A stretch of DNA of 64,000 bases from positions 91,501 through 155,500 of the forward strand of contig JAQBRF010000004.1 of assembly GCA_028286645.1 (NCBI GenBank), in the 5' to 3' direction. Positions 1-10,320 of this stretch are shown here, piece by piece. Each line of letters begins with the position of its first letter. Position 1 is the first letter of the stretch. The stretch comes from Candidatus Nomurabacteria bacterium (GTDB taxonomy: Bacteria > Patescibacteriota > Minisyncoccia > Phycocordibacterales > UBA5272). The position numbers and the translations under genes were made by a program. A model generated the notes under the pieces. It was given only the letters and a program-made list of their open reading frames with translations, had not been told where the DNA came from and did not search any database.

Positions 1-514
1 AGCCGTAGAATGGCTTAAAGGGGAATTTCGTTCTATTCAAACAGGACGCGCGACTCCTCAAGTCTTAGATTTAGTTCATGTAGATATTTACGGAGCTCGT
101 ACACAAATCGCTCACGCTGGATCTGTAAATATTGAAGACGCTCGCACCTTGCGTGTTTCTCCATGGGATAAGACTATTATCGGAGATATGGAGCGTGCTA
201 TTAATGATGCGAACTTAGGGCTTTCTGTATCATCTGATGATCAAGGAATCAGGGTTCACTTCCCAGCGCTTACCACTGAAACTCGTGAAAAGCTTGTAAA
301 AGTCTTAAAAGAAAGATTAGAAGATGCTCGCGTAAAAGTAAGACTAATTAGAGAAGATGTAAATAAAGATATTGATGCTCGTGCTAAAGAAGGTGAATAC
401 GGCGAAGATGAAAGAATTCGATATAGAGGAGATTTGCAAAAAATCATTGATCAGACAAATGGAGAATTAGAAGAATTATTTGAGAAAAAAGAAAAAGAAG
501 TGCTGGGGGAATAA
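1..514 (+). CDS. frr: Ribosome recycling factor (5' truncated by window edge)
   Basis: Frame open from the window start: ...EFRSIQTGRATPQVLD..., IRVHFPALTTETREKLVK, C-terminal KEKEV; the ORF track shows only the internal part. Confidence 0.95.
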   Translation, partial: AVEWLKGEFRSIQTGRATPQVLDLVHVDIYGARTQIAHAGSVNIEDARTLRVSPWDKTIIGDMERAINDANLGLSVSSDDQGIRVHFPALTTETREKLVKVLKERLEDARVKVRLIREDVNKDIDARAKEGEYGEDERIRYRGDLQKIIDQTNGELEELFEKKEKEVLGE

Positions 515-516
515 AT

Positions 517-543
517 AAAAGCCGCGCCGAAGCGCGGTTTTTC
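517..543. terminator. Bidirectional intrinsic terminator
   Basis: aaaaGCCGCGccgaagCGCGGTtttt between convergent genes. Confidence 0.7.
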
Positions 544-729
544 TCACTGCGGTAGTTCTTCTGCAATGAGATGGAGAGCCGGAAGGGGAACGATACCATG
601 AATGTTATACGGATGGAGTTTGTATTCCTCGAACTCGAACCACTCGACATGGTTCTCGTTTCCTTCGTAGACTTTCGGAAGCTTGCCTCCCTTACATAGT
701 TTTGTGACAAACGCGACGGAGAATCTCAT
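544..729 (-). CDS. Orphan hypothetical protein, 61 aa (MRFSVAFVTK...)
   Basis: TTGACT-17-TAGTTT promoter and GAGGAG SD 6 nt before ATG 729; ends at a terminator. Confidence 0.55.
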   Translation of the reverse strand: MRFSVAFVTKLCKGGKLPKVYEGNENHVEWFEFEEYKLHPYNIHGIVPLPALHLIAEELPQ

Positions 730-817
730 GTGCGACTCCTCGGGATGGTTTACCATAAAACTACTCCCAAGACTAAGATAAGTCAATAAGGCGTAATCGT
801 ATGGTAAAATATTTGCT

Positions 818-1930
818 ATGTCTATTTCTGCTGTACTCATTTTCTTAGTAATTCTTCTCGTCCTTGTTATCATTCATGAGTTTGGCCATTTTATTGTTGC
901 TAAATGGACCAATATGCGCGTGGATGAATTCGCTTTTGGCTTTCCGCCAAGGATTTATAGGAAAAAACTCGGAGAAACTACTTATAGCTTAAACGCCCTT
1001 CCAATCGGAGGATATGTTTCTATATGGGGCGAAAATGGAAGCGAGGAAGATAATGCAAGCGATGGTGCGAAAAACAATCCCCGCGCTTTCGGCAATCGTC
1101 CATGGTGGGCGCAGATCTTAGTGCTTTTAGCGGGAGTAACAATGAACATGCTTTTAGCCTTGATTATTCTTGTCTGCCTTTCATTTGGAAAAGTAGAAAT
1201 GAGCGCAGATGATCCTACTTATGGGTCAAGAGTAGAAGATACATCGTTAGTTGTTTTAGATGCATATCCAGAAAGCCCTGCATATAAAGCAGGACTTACT
1301 CCAGGCTCACGCCTTATAAGCGTTACTAGTAAAAATATGAAAGCAAGTCTTGTAACGGCCACATCCTTAGTAACTTTTATAGAAAACCATAGCAATGATG
1401 CAATTACATTTGTATATGAAAAACAAAATGGAGAACACGCGTCGACAACAGTCGCGGCTATATATGGAATAGTTCCAAACAAAAAGGCAGTAGGCATAAG
1501 CGTGGGAACTACTGGGTATGTTTATACTTCAACCGGGGAAGCTATAAAGTTGGGACTTCAGAGAACAAAAGACATAACTCTTCTTACATTTGGCGGACTA
1601 AAGACACTTTTAGTATCTGCGATTCATCGTGATGGAAGCGTACTTAACTCTCTTTCTGGTCCAATTGGAATTGCAAAGATCGTTGGAGAAACTAGCGCAT
1701 ATGGAATCATGCCAATACTTACACTTGTTGCCATTCTTTCTATAAACTTGGCTGTATTTAACATTCTCCCGCTTCCAGCGCTTGATGGCGGAAGAATTAT
1801 AATGGTGGTTATTGAATCAATAAGCCGAAGAAAGATTCCATTTAAATATTATTCGTGGCTTAACCTCGGGGGTTTTGCTCTGCTTCTTTTATTGCTTGTG
1901 GTGGTAACAGTACATGATGTTATCAAATAG
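818..1930 (+). CDS. rseP: RseP-like site-2 (M50) zinc metalloprotease with PDZ-like region
   Basis: HEFGH and NILPLPALDGG motifs, PIGGYV. Confidence 0.93.
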   Translation: MSISAVLIFLVILLVLVIIHEFGHFIVAKWTNMRVDEFAFGFPPRIYRKKLGETTYSLNALPIGGYVSIWGENGSEEDNASDGAKNNPRAFGNRPWWAQILVLLAGVTMNMLLALIILVCLSFGKVEMSADDPTYGSRVEDTSLVVLDAYPESPAYKAGLTPGSRLISVTSKNMKASLVTATSLVTFIENHSNDAITFVYEKQNGEHASTTVAAIYGIVPNKKAVGISVGTTGYVYTSTGEAIKLGLQRTKDITLLTFGGLKTLLVSAIHRDGSVLNSLSGPIGIAKIVGETSAYGIMPILTLVAILSINLAVFNILPLPALDGGRIIMVVIESISRRKIPFKYYSWLNLGGFALLLLLLVVVTVHDVIK

Positions 1931-1941
1931 ATTTCCTAATT

Positions 1942-2517
1942 ATGCAAGATAGGTCGCCGCATTTTAATCAAGATGTTGAATTAAAAAATGAAGATTTTGA
2001 AAAGTCTCTCCAGCTTAATTCTCTTAAAAGTAAATTAGTTAGAGCTCAGTCTTTGGGTATAGACGTTCCTTTTGATCTGCCAGAAGCGAGCGATCCTCTT
2101 TATAGAGACAGGTATCGAGAAATGCAAAGGTTTATAGAAGGAAGGCTAGATGAGCATTATGAAAAGTTTGGTAAGAGTCTCGCACAAGATCCCCAAATGC
2201 GCATTCTTATAATGGAATATAATCAGGCAGTACTAGAAGAAAGAAGGTCTACATCTGGAAACTTCAGTTTGTTAACTCATCCTAGTTTTAGCAGGGTTAA
2301 GAAAAGATTACAGAAGCGTACAAGCAAAGTCTTGGGCGGAGTAAATATTTTACAAAAAGGAGAGATGGCTATAATAAGGAGAGAGGAGTTAGAAAATAAA
2401 ATAATTTCTCTTTTGTGTGCAAAGTACGAACGCGCCGGGTTGAATAACGATCCGTATAGATCTATAAGCACTTCAAGTATAAATATAGCGCAGGCCTTAG
2501 AAATTATGGGAGTATAA
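1942..2517 (+). CDS. Hypothetical protein
   Basis: 191 aa ORF in operon-like spacing; no recognised motif. Confidence 0.6.
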   Translation: MQDRSPHFNQDVELKNEDFEKSLQLNSLKSKLVRAQSLGIDVPFDLPEASDPLYRDRYREMQRFIEGRLDEHYEKFGKSLAQDPQMRILIMEYNQAVLEERRSTSGNFSLLTHPSFSRVKKRLQKRTSKVLGGVNILQKGEMAIIRREELENKIISLLCAKYERAGLNNDPYRSISTSSINIAQALEIMGV

Positions 2518-2524
2518 TATTTAT

Positions 2525-3094
2525 ATGAAAGATATCGAAATAGAAATTCAAGCCAGAATCCAAAAAAGTGAAACTTTAAAAATCTTCTTAGATAATAATG
2601 CTAAGTTTATTTCAGAAAACAAACAAGTCGATCAATATTTTACTCCAGCCCATGAAAATTTCGTTTCAGTTAAGCCCATTGAAGAATGGTTTAGGATAAG
2701 AGAAGAAAATGGAGCGTTTACGATAAATTATAAAAAATGGCATTACGAAAACGGAATAGGCCAGTATGCAGATGAATATGAAACTGAAGTGAAAGATAAG
2801 GAAGCGATGCTTAAGATAATTCAAGCACTTGATATGAAGCCACTTATTACTGTAGATAAAACCAGAAAGAAATGGATCTATAAAGATTTTGAAATAGCTT
2901 TTGATACAGTTGTAGGTTTAGGAAGCTTTGTTGAAATCGAATATAAAGGAGAAGGGCCAGTAGATCCGAAAGAAAAAACTAAAGAAATGGTTGATTTCTT
3001 AAAGGAACATGATTGCGGAACGATTGAATTAAATAATGGTGGATATCCAATGCTCCTTTTGTTTCCGGAAGATGCGCATTATATAAAAGCATAA
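2525..3094 (+). CDS. CYTH-domain protein (class IV adenylate cyclase/triphosphatase-like)
   Basis: IEIEIQ start, QVDQYF, FRIR, DKTRKKW, DTVVGLGSFVEIE. Confidence 0.85.
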   Translation: MKDIEIEIQARIQKSETLKIFLDNNAKFISENKQVDQYFTPAHENFVSVKPIEEWFRIREENGAFTINYKKWHYENGIGQYADEYETEVKDKEAMLKIIQALDMKPLITVDKTRKKWIYKDFEIAFDTVVGLGSFVEIEYKGEGPVDPKEKTKEMVDFLKEHDCGTIELNNGGYPMLLLFPEDAHYIKA

Positions 3095-3115
3095 GTCTCT
3101 TGTATAATATCTTTT

Positions 3116-4381
3116 ATGCGACAATCACAACTTTTTACAAAGACCAGAAAAGAAGCCCCCGCGAATGAAGTTTCCAAAAATGCAATCCTACTCATTCGGG
3201 CGGGTTACATTCATAAAGAAATGGCGGGAGTGTACTCATACTTACCACTTGGGCTTCGTGTGCTAAAAAAGATTGAGGATATTATTCGTAATGAAATGAA
3301 CACTATCGGTGGCATAGAAATGCGCACTTCTATAATTCAGACAAAGGAAGTATGGGAAAAGTCTAACCGATGGGATGATAACATTGTCGACAATTGGTTT
3401 AAGACTGAGCTTAAAAATGGAACAGAAATTGGCCTTTCTTTTACAAATGAAGAAGCATACTCAAGCATGTTAACTCAGTACATTCATTCATATACAGATC
3501 TTCCAATATACCCATATGATTTTAAAAATATTTTCCGCAATGAAACTCGCAGTAAATCTGGCATAATGCGCGGACGTGAATTTTATTGGAAGGCACTCTA
3601 CTCATTCTCAAAAGACGATGCAGAACACCAAGAATTCTATGAAAAAGCTAAGCAGGCCTATAAAAATATTTTCCAAAATGTCGGCATTGGACATATAACA
3701 TATATGACATTTGCATCGGGAGGCTCATTTTCAAAATTTTCACATGAGTTTCAGACTATTACTGAAGCAGGTGAAGATACTATCTATATAGATGAGGCAA
3801 AGGGTATTGCAATAAATAAAGAAGTGTACACGGATGAGGTCATAGAATCTCTTGGACTTAATAAAGATAAAATTATTGAACAGAAGGCTGTGGAAGTAGG
3901 GAATATTTTTTCTCTCGGTACTAAATTTTCTGAACCATTTAATCTTTCATTTACAAATGAGAGCGGAGAAAAACAACTTGTCACTATGGGAAGTTATGGT
4001 ATTGGTCTTGGCCGCTTGATGGGAACAATAGCGGAAGTATTAAGTGATGATAAGGGCTTAATCTGGCCTACTTCGGTATCACCATTTTCGCTACATTTGA
4101 TTGTGTTAGGAAAGGACAAAGAGGGTGACACATATAAAAAAGCAGAAGAGATTTATAATGAACTAACTAAAAAGGGGATTGAAGTTCTATTTGATGACAG
4201 AGATGAATCAGCGGGAGCGAAGTTTGCAGATAGCGATTTGATTGGAATTCCAATGAGAGTAGTGGTGAGCGATAAATCTATTGCCGCAGGCGGTGTAGAA
4301 ATAAAAGAAAGAAAAGGGGACAAGAGCGAAATCATTACGATTGAAGAATTATATAAAACATATAAACCGAATTGCGAATAA
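3116..4381 (+). CDS. proS: Proline--tRNA ligase (short form without editing domain)
   Basis: MRQSQLF, GVYSYLPLG, FRNETR..GIMRGREF, GSYGIGLGR, DDRDESAGAKFADSDLIGIP. Confidence 0.96.
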   Translation: MRQSQLFTKTRKEAPANEVSKNAILLIRAGYIHKEMAGVYSYLPLGLRVLKKIEDIIRNEMNTIGGIEMRTSIIQTKEVWEKSNRWDDNIVDNWFKTELKNGTEIGLSFTNEEAYSSMLTQYIHSYTDLPIYPYDFKNIFRNETRSKSGIMRGREFYWKALYSFSKDDAEHQEFYEKAKQAYKNIFQNVGIGHITYMTFASGGSFSKFSHEFQTITEAGEDTIYIDEAKGIAINKEVYTDEVIESLGLNKDKIIEQKAVEVGNIFSLGTKFSEPFNLSFTNESGEKQLVTMGSYGIGLGRLMGTIAEVLSDDKGLIWPTSVSPFSLHLIVLGKDKEGDTYKKAEEIYNELTKKGIEVLFDDRDESAGAKFADSDLIGIPMRVVVSDKSIAAGGVEIKERKGDKSEIITIEELYKTYKPNCE

Positions 4382-4388
4382 AATAAAA

Positions 4389-4413
4389 ACTGTGCCAGCA
4401 ACAGCTGGCACAG
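4389..4413. terminator. Intrinsic terminator hairpin
   Basis: CTGTGCCAGCaacaGCTGGCACAG preceded by an A-run (T-run on the minus strand). Confidence 0.7.
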
Positions 4414-4434
4414 ACTCCTCGGGGGTGCAATATT

Positions 4435-4683
4435 TCACGATCCCTTCTTTTTTTTCCAGCGCGCGAGCTCTTCTTCGGTCGCTGGTCGTGAATGGACCTC
4501 GCCCCCTAAGCCATTTTCATAAAACTCGAGCTCCTCAAATAGGATTCCTTTTTTTGATTCGACCAAAGTCGAAATAGTTCTGTCAGTTGTCTGAAGGTGG
4601 AGGGAGTGCGGGGTGGTGTGAACGGCCAGTCCTACGAGTAACAGGACAAAAGCTGTGGCGAGGATCGGTTTAGAGTTGGCAAG
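4435..4683 (-). pseudogene. Open frame of ~82 codons with N-terminal hydrophobic segment but no canonical in-frame start
   Basis: ANSKPILATAFVLLLVGLAV...RWKKKKGS*; upstream TTGACA-17-TAACTT and AGGAG; terminator downstream. Confidence 0.35.
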
Positions 4684-4803
4684 TGATTCTCCTTGTCATG
4701 CCCCGTGAAGTGGGAGGCTTTATATAAAGTTACTTATTTTTAAAACTTTTGTCAAATAAAAACCACCCCTTTATTAGGGGCGTCTTGGCAATCCTGGTGG
4801 CCG

Positions 4804-5106
4804 TTAGTTTCTTCCAGTCATCTCGTCCACGAGTTTTTTGAATACTGGAAGCACGCGGGTAACTTCTTCGCCGGCTTCACGGTGCAAGTAGCCGCTCCCC
4901 TGGAGACGGTTCAGGCCCTGTATGGTGTAGACTGCCTCCCGTATTCCGTTGTGGGGAAAGTCCGTATGAGTGATCGTCACCTCTGTAGGCATGACGCCCT
5001 TTGTCACCTTGGTGCATAGAAGGGCAGCCGCAGTGGCTTCCTCCGATGTCTGGAAAATGTCGAGCCAGACCCAAGGTGACGTTATATGATCCTTGTTAGT
5101 TCTCAT
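4804..5106 (-). CDS. Orphan hypothetical protein
   Basis: 100 aa GC-richer ORF; TTGACA-17-TATAAA promoter, AAGGGG SD. Confidence 0.6.
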   Translation of the reverse strand: MRTNKDHITSPWVWLDIFQTSEEATAAALLCTKVTKGVMPTEVTITHTDFPHNGIREAVYTIQGLNRLQGSGYLHREAGEEVTRVLPVFKKLVDEMTGRN

Positions 5107-5221
5107 GAATAAGACCCCTTAAGGTGGATGAAACAAGTTGGACTGCTCATGTTGTTTATATATAAAAGTCTTTAATTTGTCAACTACTATATGAAAGCCT
5201 AAAAAATGGTAGAATGCTCCC

Positions 5222-6271
5222 ATGTTTAACCGTCTTTACCGCCAATTTTCTAACGATATCGGAATAGATTTAGGAACAGCTAATACGCTTGTTTACTTGC
5301 GTGGCCGCGGGATAGTTATAAATGAGCCATCAGTGGTTGCATTAAACACGAAAACCAATCGCGTAGTCGCAGTAGGAATGGAGGCGAAAAATATGATGGG
5401 TAGAACTCCATCTCACATTAGAATCGTCCGGCCGCTTGTAGAAGGTGTGATATCAGATTATGAAGTGACAGAAGAAATGCTTTCGTATTTAATTAACAAA
5501 GCAAATGATGCTGATAAGAAGTTATTTCGTCCAAGAGTGGTAATAGGAATTCCTGTAGGAATTACTAATGTAGAAATGCGTGCAGTATATGATGCGGCAA
5601 AATCTGCTGGTGCTCGTGAAGTTTACATAGTAGAAGAACCGATGGCGGCAGCTATCGGAGTGCAAATGCCAATCCATGATCCTGTGGGAAGTATGATAAT
5701 AGACATCGGGGGAGGCACGACGGATATTGCTGTTATCGCACTTTCTGGAATTGTGAGAGCTAAGAGTTTAAAAATAGCAGGAGACAGGCTTACACAGGAT
5801 ATTATTTCTTATATGCGCGATGAGTTTAAAATGTTAATTGGAGAAAAAACCGCAGAGCATATAAAGATTACTGTGGGATCTGCCCTGCCGGACGAAATCC
5901 CTGAAGAAATTAGCATAAAGGGAAGGGATTTGGTTACAGGGCTTCCGCGGGAAGCGATTATCACAGATGTTGATATACGCGAAGCGATGTATGCATCTAT
6001 TTCACAATTAGTGGATGCTATTCGTGAGGTATTAGAAACAACTCCGCCCGAAGTACTGGCAGATATCATGCAAAAAGGAATGATGCTAGCAGGGGGCGGA
6101 GCACTTATCAGAAATTTGCCCCAGCTTCTTGAAAGTCAGCTTAAAGTGCCTGTAACAATAGTGGATGATCCATTAACGGCGGTCGCCCGCGGAACAGGGA
6201 TTATACTGGAAAATGTGAATTTATATAAAGATGTACTAGTAGAAAACACTGATGACATATCTTTCCGATAA
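5222..6271 (+). CDS. mreB: Rod shape-determining actin homologue MreB
   Basis: IGIDLGTANT, NEPSVVA, EEPMAAAIG, DIGGGTTD, LAGGGAL. Confidence 0.98.
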   Translation: MFNRLYRQFSNDIGIDLGTANTLVYLRGRGIVINEPSVVALNTKTNRVVAVGMEAKNMMGRTPSHIRIVRPLVEGVISDYEVTEEMLSYLINKANDADKKLFRPRVVIGIPVGITNVEMRAVYDAAKSAGAREVYIVEEPMAAAIGVQMPIHDPVGSMIIDIGGGTTDIAVIALSGIVRAKSLKIAGDRLTQDIISYMRDEFKMLIGEKTAEHIKITVGSALPDEIPEEISIKGRDLVTGLPREAIITDVDIREAMYASISQLVDAIREVLETTPPEVLADIMQKGMMLAGGGALIRNLPQLLESQLKVPVTIVDDPLTAVARGTGIILENVNLYKDVLVENTDDISFR

Positions 6272-7025
6272 AAAGAGAAAAAAAAGAGGCTATATCTGGT
6301 ACTCGGTAGTCATATTGCTTATTTTTATATTTGTTTATTTTTGGCCAAGCGTCAGGACATTTTTATACAATTATGTGGAAGGGCCAGTTATCATTTATGG
6401 AAGTACAAGAACAGGAATAGTAAGTATTCCATACAATGTATCAACTTACTTTAAATCAAAAAAAGATTTAGAAGATATAAACCGAGGGCTTGAATTAAAT
6501 ATCGAAAGATTAGAGAACGAAATTGCAGTAAAAGATGCAATTATATCTGATAATAAATTAAGCCAAAATGGTTCTAGTGTTTCGACATTGGAAATGTATT
6601 CGATATTAGAAGATAGTACGAACATTTACTCTACGATAATACTTTCAAAGGGATTTAAAGATGGACTAGAAATAAACAAATTAGTATATCTTCGCGGCAG
6701 ACAGCCCGTATGTATTATCGTAGAAGTACATGATCAGACGTCCGTATGCAAACTTTTATCATCATCCGGATCATTTATCGAAGGGGTAAGTCCAAATGGC
6801 GAAACATTATTTCTGAAAGGAGATGGGGGGGGGACTTTTATTGCTGATATCCCTCGGGATGCCATTTTAAACGAAGGAGATTCTGTACATTTAAAAAGCG
6901 ACCCGACACTTCTTTTGGGGACTGTAGTAAGCATCGTTAAAGACAATCAAGCAACCGCATGGAAAGTATATGTCCGAGGACAATATAATCCAATTACTTC
7001 AAATGTTTTTTATACCGATAAGTAG
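6252..7025 (+). CDS. mreC: Rod shape-determining protein MreC
   Basis: N-terminal TM, coiled coil, beta-rich C-terminus, directly after mreB. Confidence 0.85.
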   Translation: MTYLSDKKRKKRGYIWYSVVILLIFIFVYFWPSVRTFLYNYVEGPVIIYGSTRTGIVSIPYNVSTYFKSKKDLEDINRGLELNIERLENEIAVKDAIISDNKLSQNGSSVSTLEMYSILEDSTNIYSTIILSKGFKDGLEINKLVYLRGRQPVCIIVEVHDQTSVCKLLSSSGSFIEGVSPNGETLFLKGDGGGTFIADIPRDAILNEGDSVHLKSDPTLLLGTVVSIVKDNQATAWKVYVRGQYNPITSNVFYTDK

Positions 7026-7149
7026 ATAGAATAGTTATTAGTAATTGGTTACTAGTAATTAGTGAATACACAAAGACATTTGGGAGGCTAATTGTCCGAG
7101 CCACAACTAATAACAAATAACTAATTACCATTTTTGCTATACTCTGCTC

Positions 7150-7305
7150 ATGCTTCGCTACATTATTTATATAATCTTGCTCCTCATAACTCTCTTTTTT
7201 GACACCGCATTAGGTGCACATAGAGTGCCAGTTTTTACATTAATCCTTTGTGTTATAGTGATAATATATGAATTTATTTCGCCGTACATTTACACGTCGC
7301 GCTAG
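7150..7305 (+). CDS. 51-aa two-TM membrane protein at the mreD position
   Basis: MLRYIIYIILLLITLFFDTALGAHRVPVFTLILCVIVIIYEFISPYIYTSR*; TGcTATACT 6 nt upstream; below the ORF-track cutoff. Confidence 0.6.
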   Translation: MLRYIIYIILLLITLFFDTALGAHRVPVFTLILCVIVIIYEFISPYIYTSR

Positions 7306-8965
7306 ACGTGCAAACTCATACGAAATCGCTCCAGAAGATGTATTCTTAGATTCGCAAAATCTATCGCAATTAAACATGGATCAAATGGAAGGGCAGCTTG
7401 AAAAGCCAATAGGCAGGAACATGTTTTATATAACAAGCATTATTGCATCTTTTTTAATTGTGGGTTTTTTAGCGAGATTGTATGACATGCAGATAGTAAA
7501 CGGAAGAGCATATGCTGACCAGGCAGATAGAAATCATTTAAAAAGCACTCCATTATTTCCTCTTCGAGGAACTATTTCTGATCGCAATGGCAGCTTACTT
7601 GCTTGGAATACTGTGAGTAGTACGACAGAGGAAGTTCCAGAAAGAGTGTATGAAAAAACTCCAGGATTTTCTCACTTGTTAGGTTATGTAAGTTATCCCA
7701 AGAAAGATCAAAGCGGAATCTTTTGGCAAGATTCATATTTAGGAAAAGATGGCATTGAAAAGAAATATCAAGATATTTTACAAGGAACCATCGGTGAGAC
7801 AGTTTTAGCGGTAAATGCCCAACAGAAAGTAGAGGCTAGGAATGTAACCGTAAGTCCTGTTAATGGCGAAAACATAAAACTTAGCATTGATAAAGGAGTG
7901 CAGGCGGAATTTTATAAAAATATTAAAAGTCTAGCGCTTGATTCAGGTTATATAGCGGGGGCGGGAGTAATTATGGATATACATACTGGAGAGGTATTAG
8001 CTATGGTAAGCTATCCGGAATATGATAATAATTTAATTACAAATGCTGCCACTCCACAAGAAAAAGACCAACTGGCAAAAGATTTGCTAGATAAAAATAA
8101 TAAATTTTTAAACCGCGCCGTCGGAGGGCTCTTTACTCCAGGATCAACAGTAAAGCCATTTATGGCAATAGCCGCGCTTATGGAAAATGTAATTACCCCG
8201 GAAAAACAAATTTATAGTTCGGGCGCACTAGTGATAAAGAATAAATACGGAGGACCTGACTCAGTTTTTAAAGATTGGAAAGCTCATGGATGGACAGACA
8301 TGCGTAAAGCTCTTGCTGAATCATCCGATGAATACTTTTATCAGGTAGGGGGCGGATACATGGATCAGCCAGGATTAGGTATTGCTCGCATTGATCAATA
8401 TGCTCAATTGTTCGGATTTGCCACTACCACCGGCATAGATCTTCCCGGAGAAGAATACGGCGTGATTCCCACCCCATCATGGAAGCAAAAGATTTTTAAC
8501 GAAGATTGGCTTTTAGGAGATACATATCATACTTCCATTGGGCAATATGGATTTCAAATAACACCGCTTGAGCTTGTGCGTGGTGTAGCCATGATTGCAA
8601 ATGGCGGATCTTTGGTTACTCCGCATCTTTTATCAGGATCTGAAACTGTACATATTGATTTGAAGTTAGATAAAGCCGACCTCGAAGTCGTGCGTGAAGG
8701 AATGAGACAGGGCGTAACTGAAGGAATCGGCGCAGCATTAAACATAGATGGTATACATGTAGCCTCCAAGTCTGGAACGGCAGAGCTAGGAGTTAAAAAG
8801 GATTTAGTAAATTCGTGGATAAGCGGATTTTTCCCATATGAAAATCCTAAATATGCCTTTGTTGTGATAATGGAAAAGGGCTCGGTCCATAACCTTCATG
8901 GCGCTATATTTGCAATGAGGGATACACTGCTCTGGATGCGCGACAACACTTCTTATACCAAGTAG
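7268..8965 (+). CDS. mrdA: Penicillin-binding protein 2 (class B transpeptidase)
   Basis: RGTISDRNG, PGSTVKP (SxxK), ESSD (SxD), KSGTAE; mre operon context. Confidence 0.93.
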   Translation: MNLFRRTFTRRARRANSYEIAPEDVFLDSQNLSQLNMDQMEGQLEKPIGRNMFYITSIIASFLIVGFLARLYDMQIVNGRAYADQADRNHLKSTPLFPLRGTISDRNGSLLAWNTVSSTTEEVPERVYEKTPGFSHLLGYVSYPKKDQSGIFWQDSYLGKDGIEKKYQDILQGTIGETVLAVNAQQKVEARNVTVSPVNGENIKLSIDKGVQAEFYKNIKSLALDSGYIAGAGVIMDIHTGEVLAMVSYPEYDNNLITNAATPQEKDQLAKDLLDKNNKFLNRAVGGLFTPGSTVKPFMAIAALMENVITPEKQIYSSGALVIKNKYGGPDSVFKDWKAHGWTDMRKALAESSDEYFYQVGGGYMDQPGLGIARIDQYAQLFGFATTTGIDLPGEEYGVIPTPSWKQKIFNEDWLLGDTYHTSIGQYGFQITPLELVRGVAMIANGGSLVTPHLLSGSETVHIDLKLDKADLEVVREGMRQGVTEGIGAALNIDGIHVASKSGTAELGVKKDLVNSWISGFFPYENPKYAFVVIMEKGSVHNLHGAIFAMRDTLLWMRDNTSYTK

Positions 8966-8971
8966 GCAATA

Positions 8972-9092
8972 CAAAGCCGCTCTTTGGCGTATTCCTAGCC
9001 GTTTTCTTCCGGTACGATTCAACGTACTATGATGTACGTCTCATCGTTATCCTCAGAAAGTGGCATCGGACTTCATCCAAATATCGGCTTTG
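8972..9092. repeat. ~121 bp long-hairpin element, copy 1
   Basis: Terminal IR CAAAGCCG...CGGCTTTG; apex CAACGTAC-tatgat-GTACGT. Confidence 0.6.
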
Positions 9093-9222
9093 CTGACGTA
9101 ATATTAAATTAACTTTGAATTACATCCAACTTACTCAACTAACGCAGTTTTGAAATTTAGAATTAAAAGATAAATAAAAAACGCCACACCTTTCGATGTG
9201 GCGCCGCTCAATTGGCAGGAAA

Positions 9223-9813
9223 TTACTTGCGATAGATGCGGTCGTGGGCAACTTTCTCGCCGTTGTGGGTGGCGGATTTCTCCGAGTACAAGGGTTTGAA
9301 GTAGTTGTCTTTGTACGCGACGCGGTCTACCACTTCAGTCGGACCGGTTGTTCGGAATTCCACGATAGTCATATCGCCATCTCTTTCGGCACTTGCCGTA
9401 AGAGGTAAGATGCGGAGAAGCTTGATGCCTTGAGAATTGTAACTTCCCACCTGCATCGTTCCTTCCGTGCTCTCCCCAGGTTTCAGTTTCGGAATCGGGA
9501 TTTTCGTTCTGATGATCGACGCGATACCTTGGGGCACTATAATGGTAAGCGCCGCGTCTTCGTCATAGGGCTTTTGTCCCATGACGCTTCCAAGCCAAAG
9601 GCCGGTTTCCAGATCAAAGGAGTGCAGAGCGTTGATGGCGGCGTCGTATTGGTACCGCTCGAGTTTTTTCTCCCCGGTAATGAGGTCTTCGTCCACCATG
9701 ATGAAGGTTTCGTTTTTGAGTGCCGAAAACTTCGCATGACGAATGATTGCTAAACCTACCACCAGAATCGCAACTGCGAGTACTATTCCTGTCACTGCTT
9801 GCGAGGTTTTCAT
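9223..9813 (-). CDS. Orphan membrane-anchored or secreted protein
   Basis: 196 aa with N-terminal TM; perfect TTGACA-17-TATAAT promoter and AAGGA SD. Confidence 0.75.
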   Translation of the reverse strand: MKTSQAVTGIVLAVAILVVGLAIIRHAKFSALKNETFIMVDEDLITGEKKLERYQYDAAINALHSFDLETGLWLGSVMGQKPYDEDAALTIIVPQGIASIIRTKIPIPKLKPGESTEGTMQVGSYNSQGIKLLRILPLTASAERDGDMTIVEFRTTGPTEVVDRVAYKDNYFKPLYSEKSATHNGEKVAHDRIYRK

Positions 9814-9946
9814 CTTGTGTTCCTTTCAATGAATGAGCGGTTGATGTCATCTATATTATAACATAACCTATAAGTAATGTCAAACTAAGTATAAATTAAA
9901 ATAAAAGTATGTTAAATTTCTATAAACCACAGTAGGAAGAATTCTG

Positions 9947-10258
9947 ATGGAAACCGAAGACATTTTGCGAGAGATGCAAAAGTGCAGTAATCGCTATATT
10001 GTTATTTTGAGGGCGTTCAGGAATCATTTAACTTCGACAGGGATCCGCATTGGAACGCCGGGGCGCGTGAAAGCAAATATCACTCGTCATTACCGACTGT
10101 ATACAGACCTATATCAATTTAAAGAAGAAAAGGCTAAGGAAATCATCGGGCAAATTATTCGGGAGGATCAGGAGTTTGTCGATGCATTCTTCCGGCGTCA
10201 AGATTGGTCCTATAAAGATATGCAGCCTGAATTGGAGAAACGGATAAGGAGAGAATAG
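9947..10258 (+). CDS. Orphan hypothetical protein
   Basis: 103 aa, AGGA SD, hairpin/T-run at ~10258-10286. Confidence 0.6.
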   Translation: METEDILREMQKCSNRYIVILRAFRNHLTSTGIRIGTPGRVKANITRHYRLYTDLYQFKEEKAKEIIGQIIREDQEFVDAFFRRQDWSYKDMQPELEKRIRRE

Positions 10259-10320
10259 CGGATTAAAGAGTCCGCTTTTTATTTTTGCCAAACTATCAAA
10301 ATATGGTAGAATACTCAGAT

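Noticed and set aside
4341-4577. 78-aa plus-strand ORF after proS
   Set aside because: Overlaps proS and runs through a terminator; expression signals point to the minus strand
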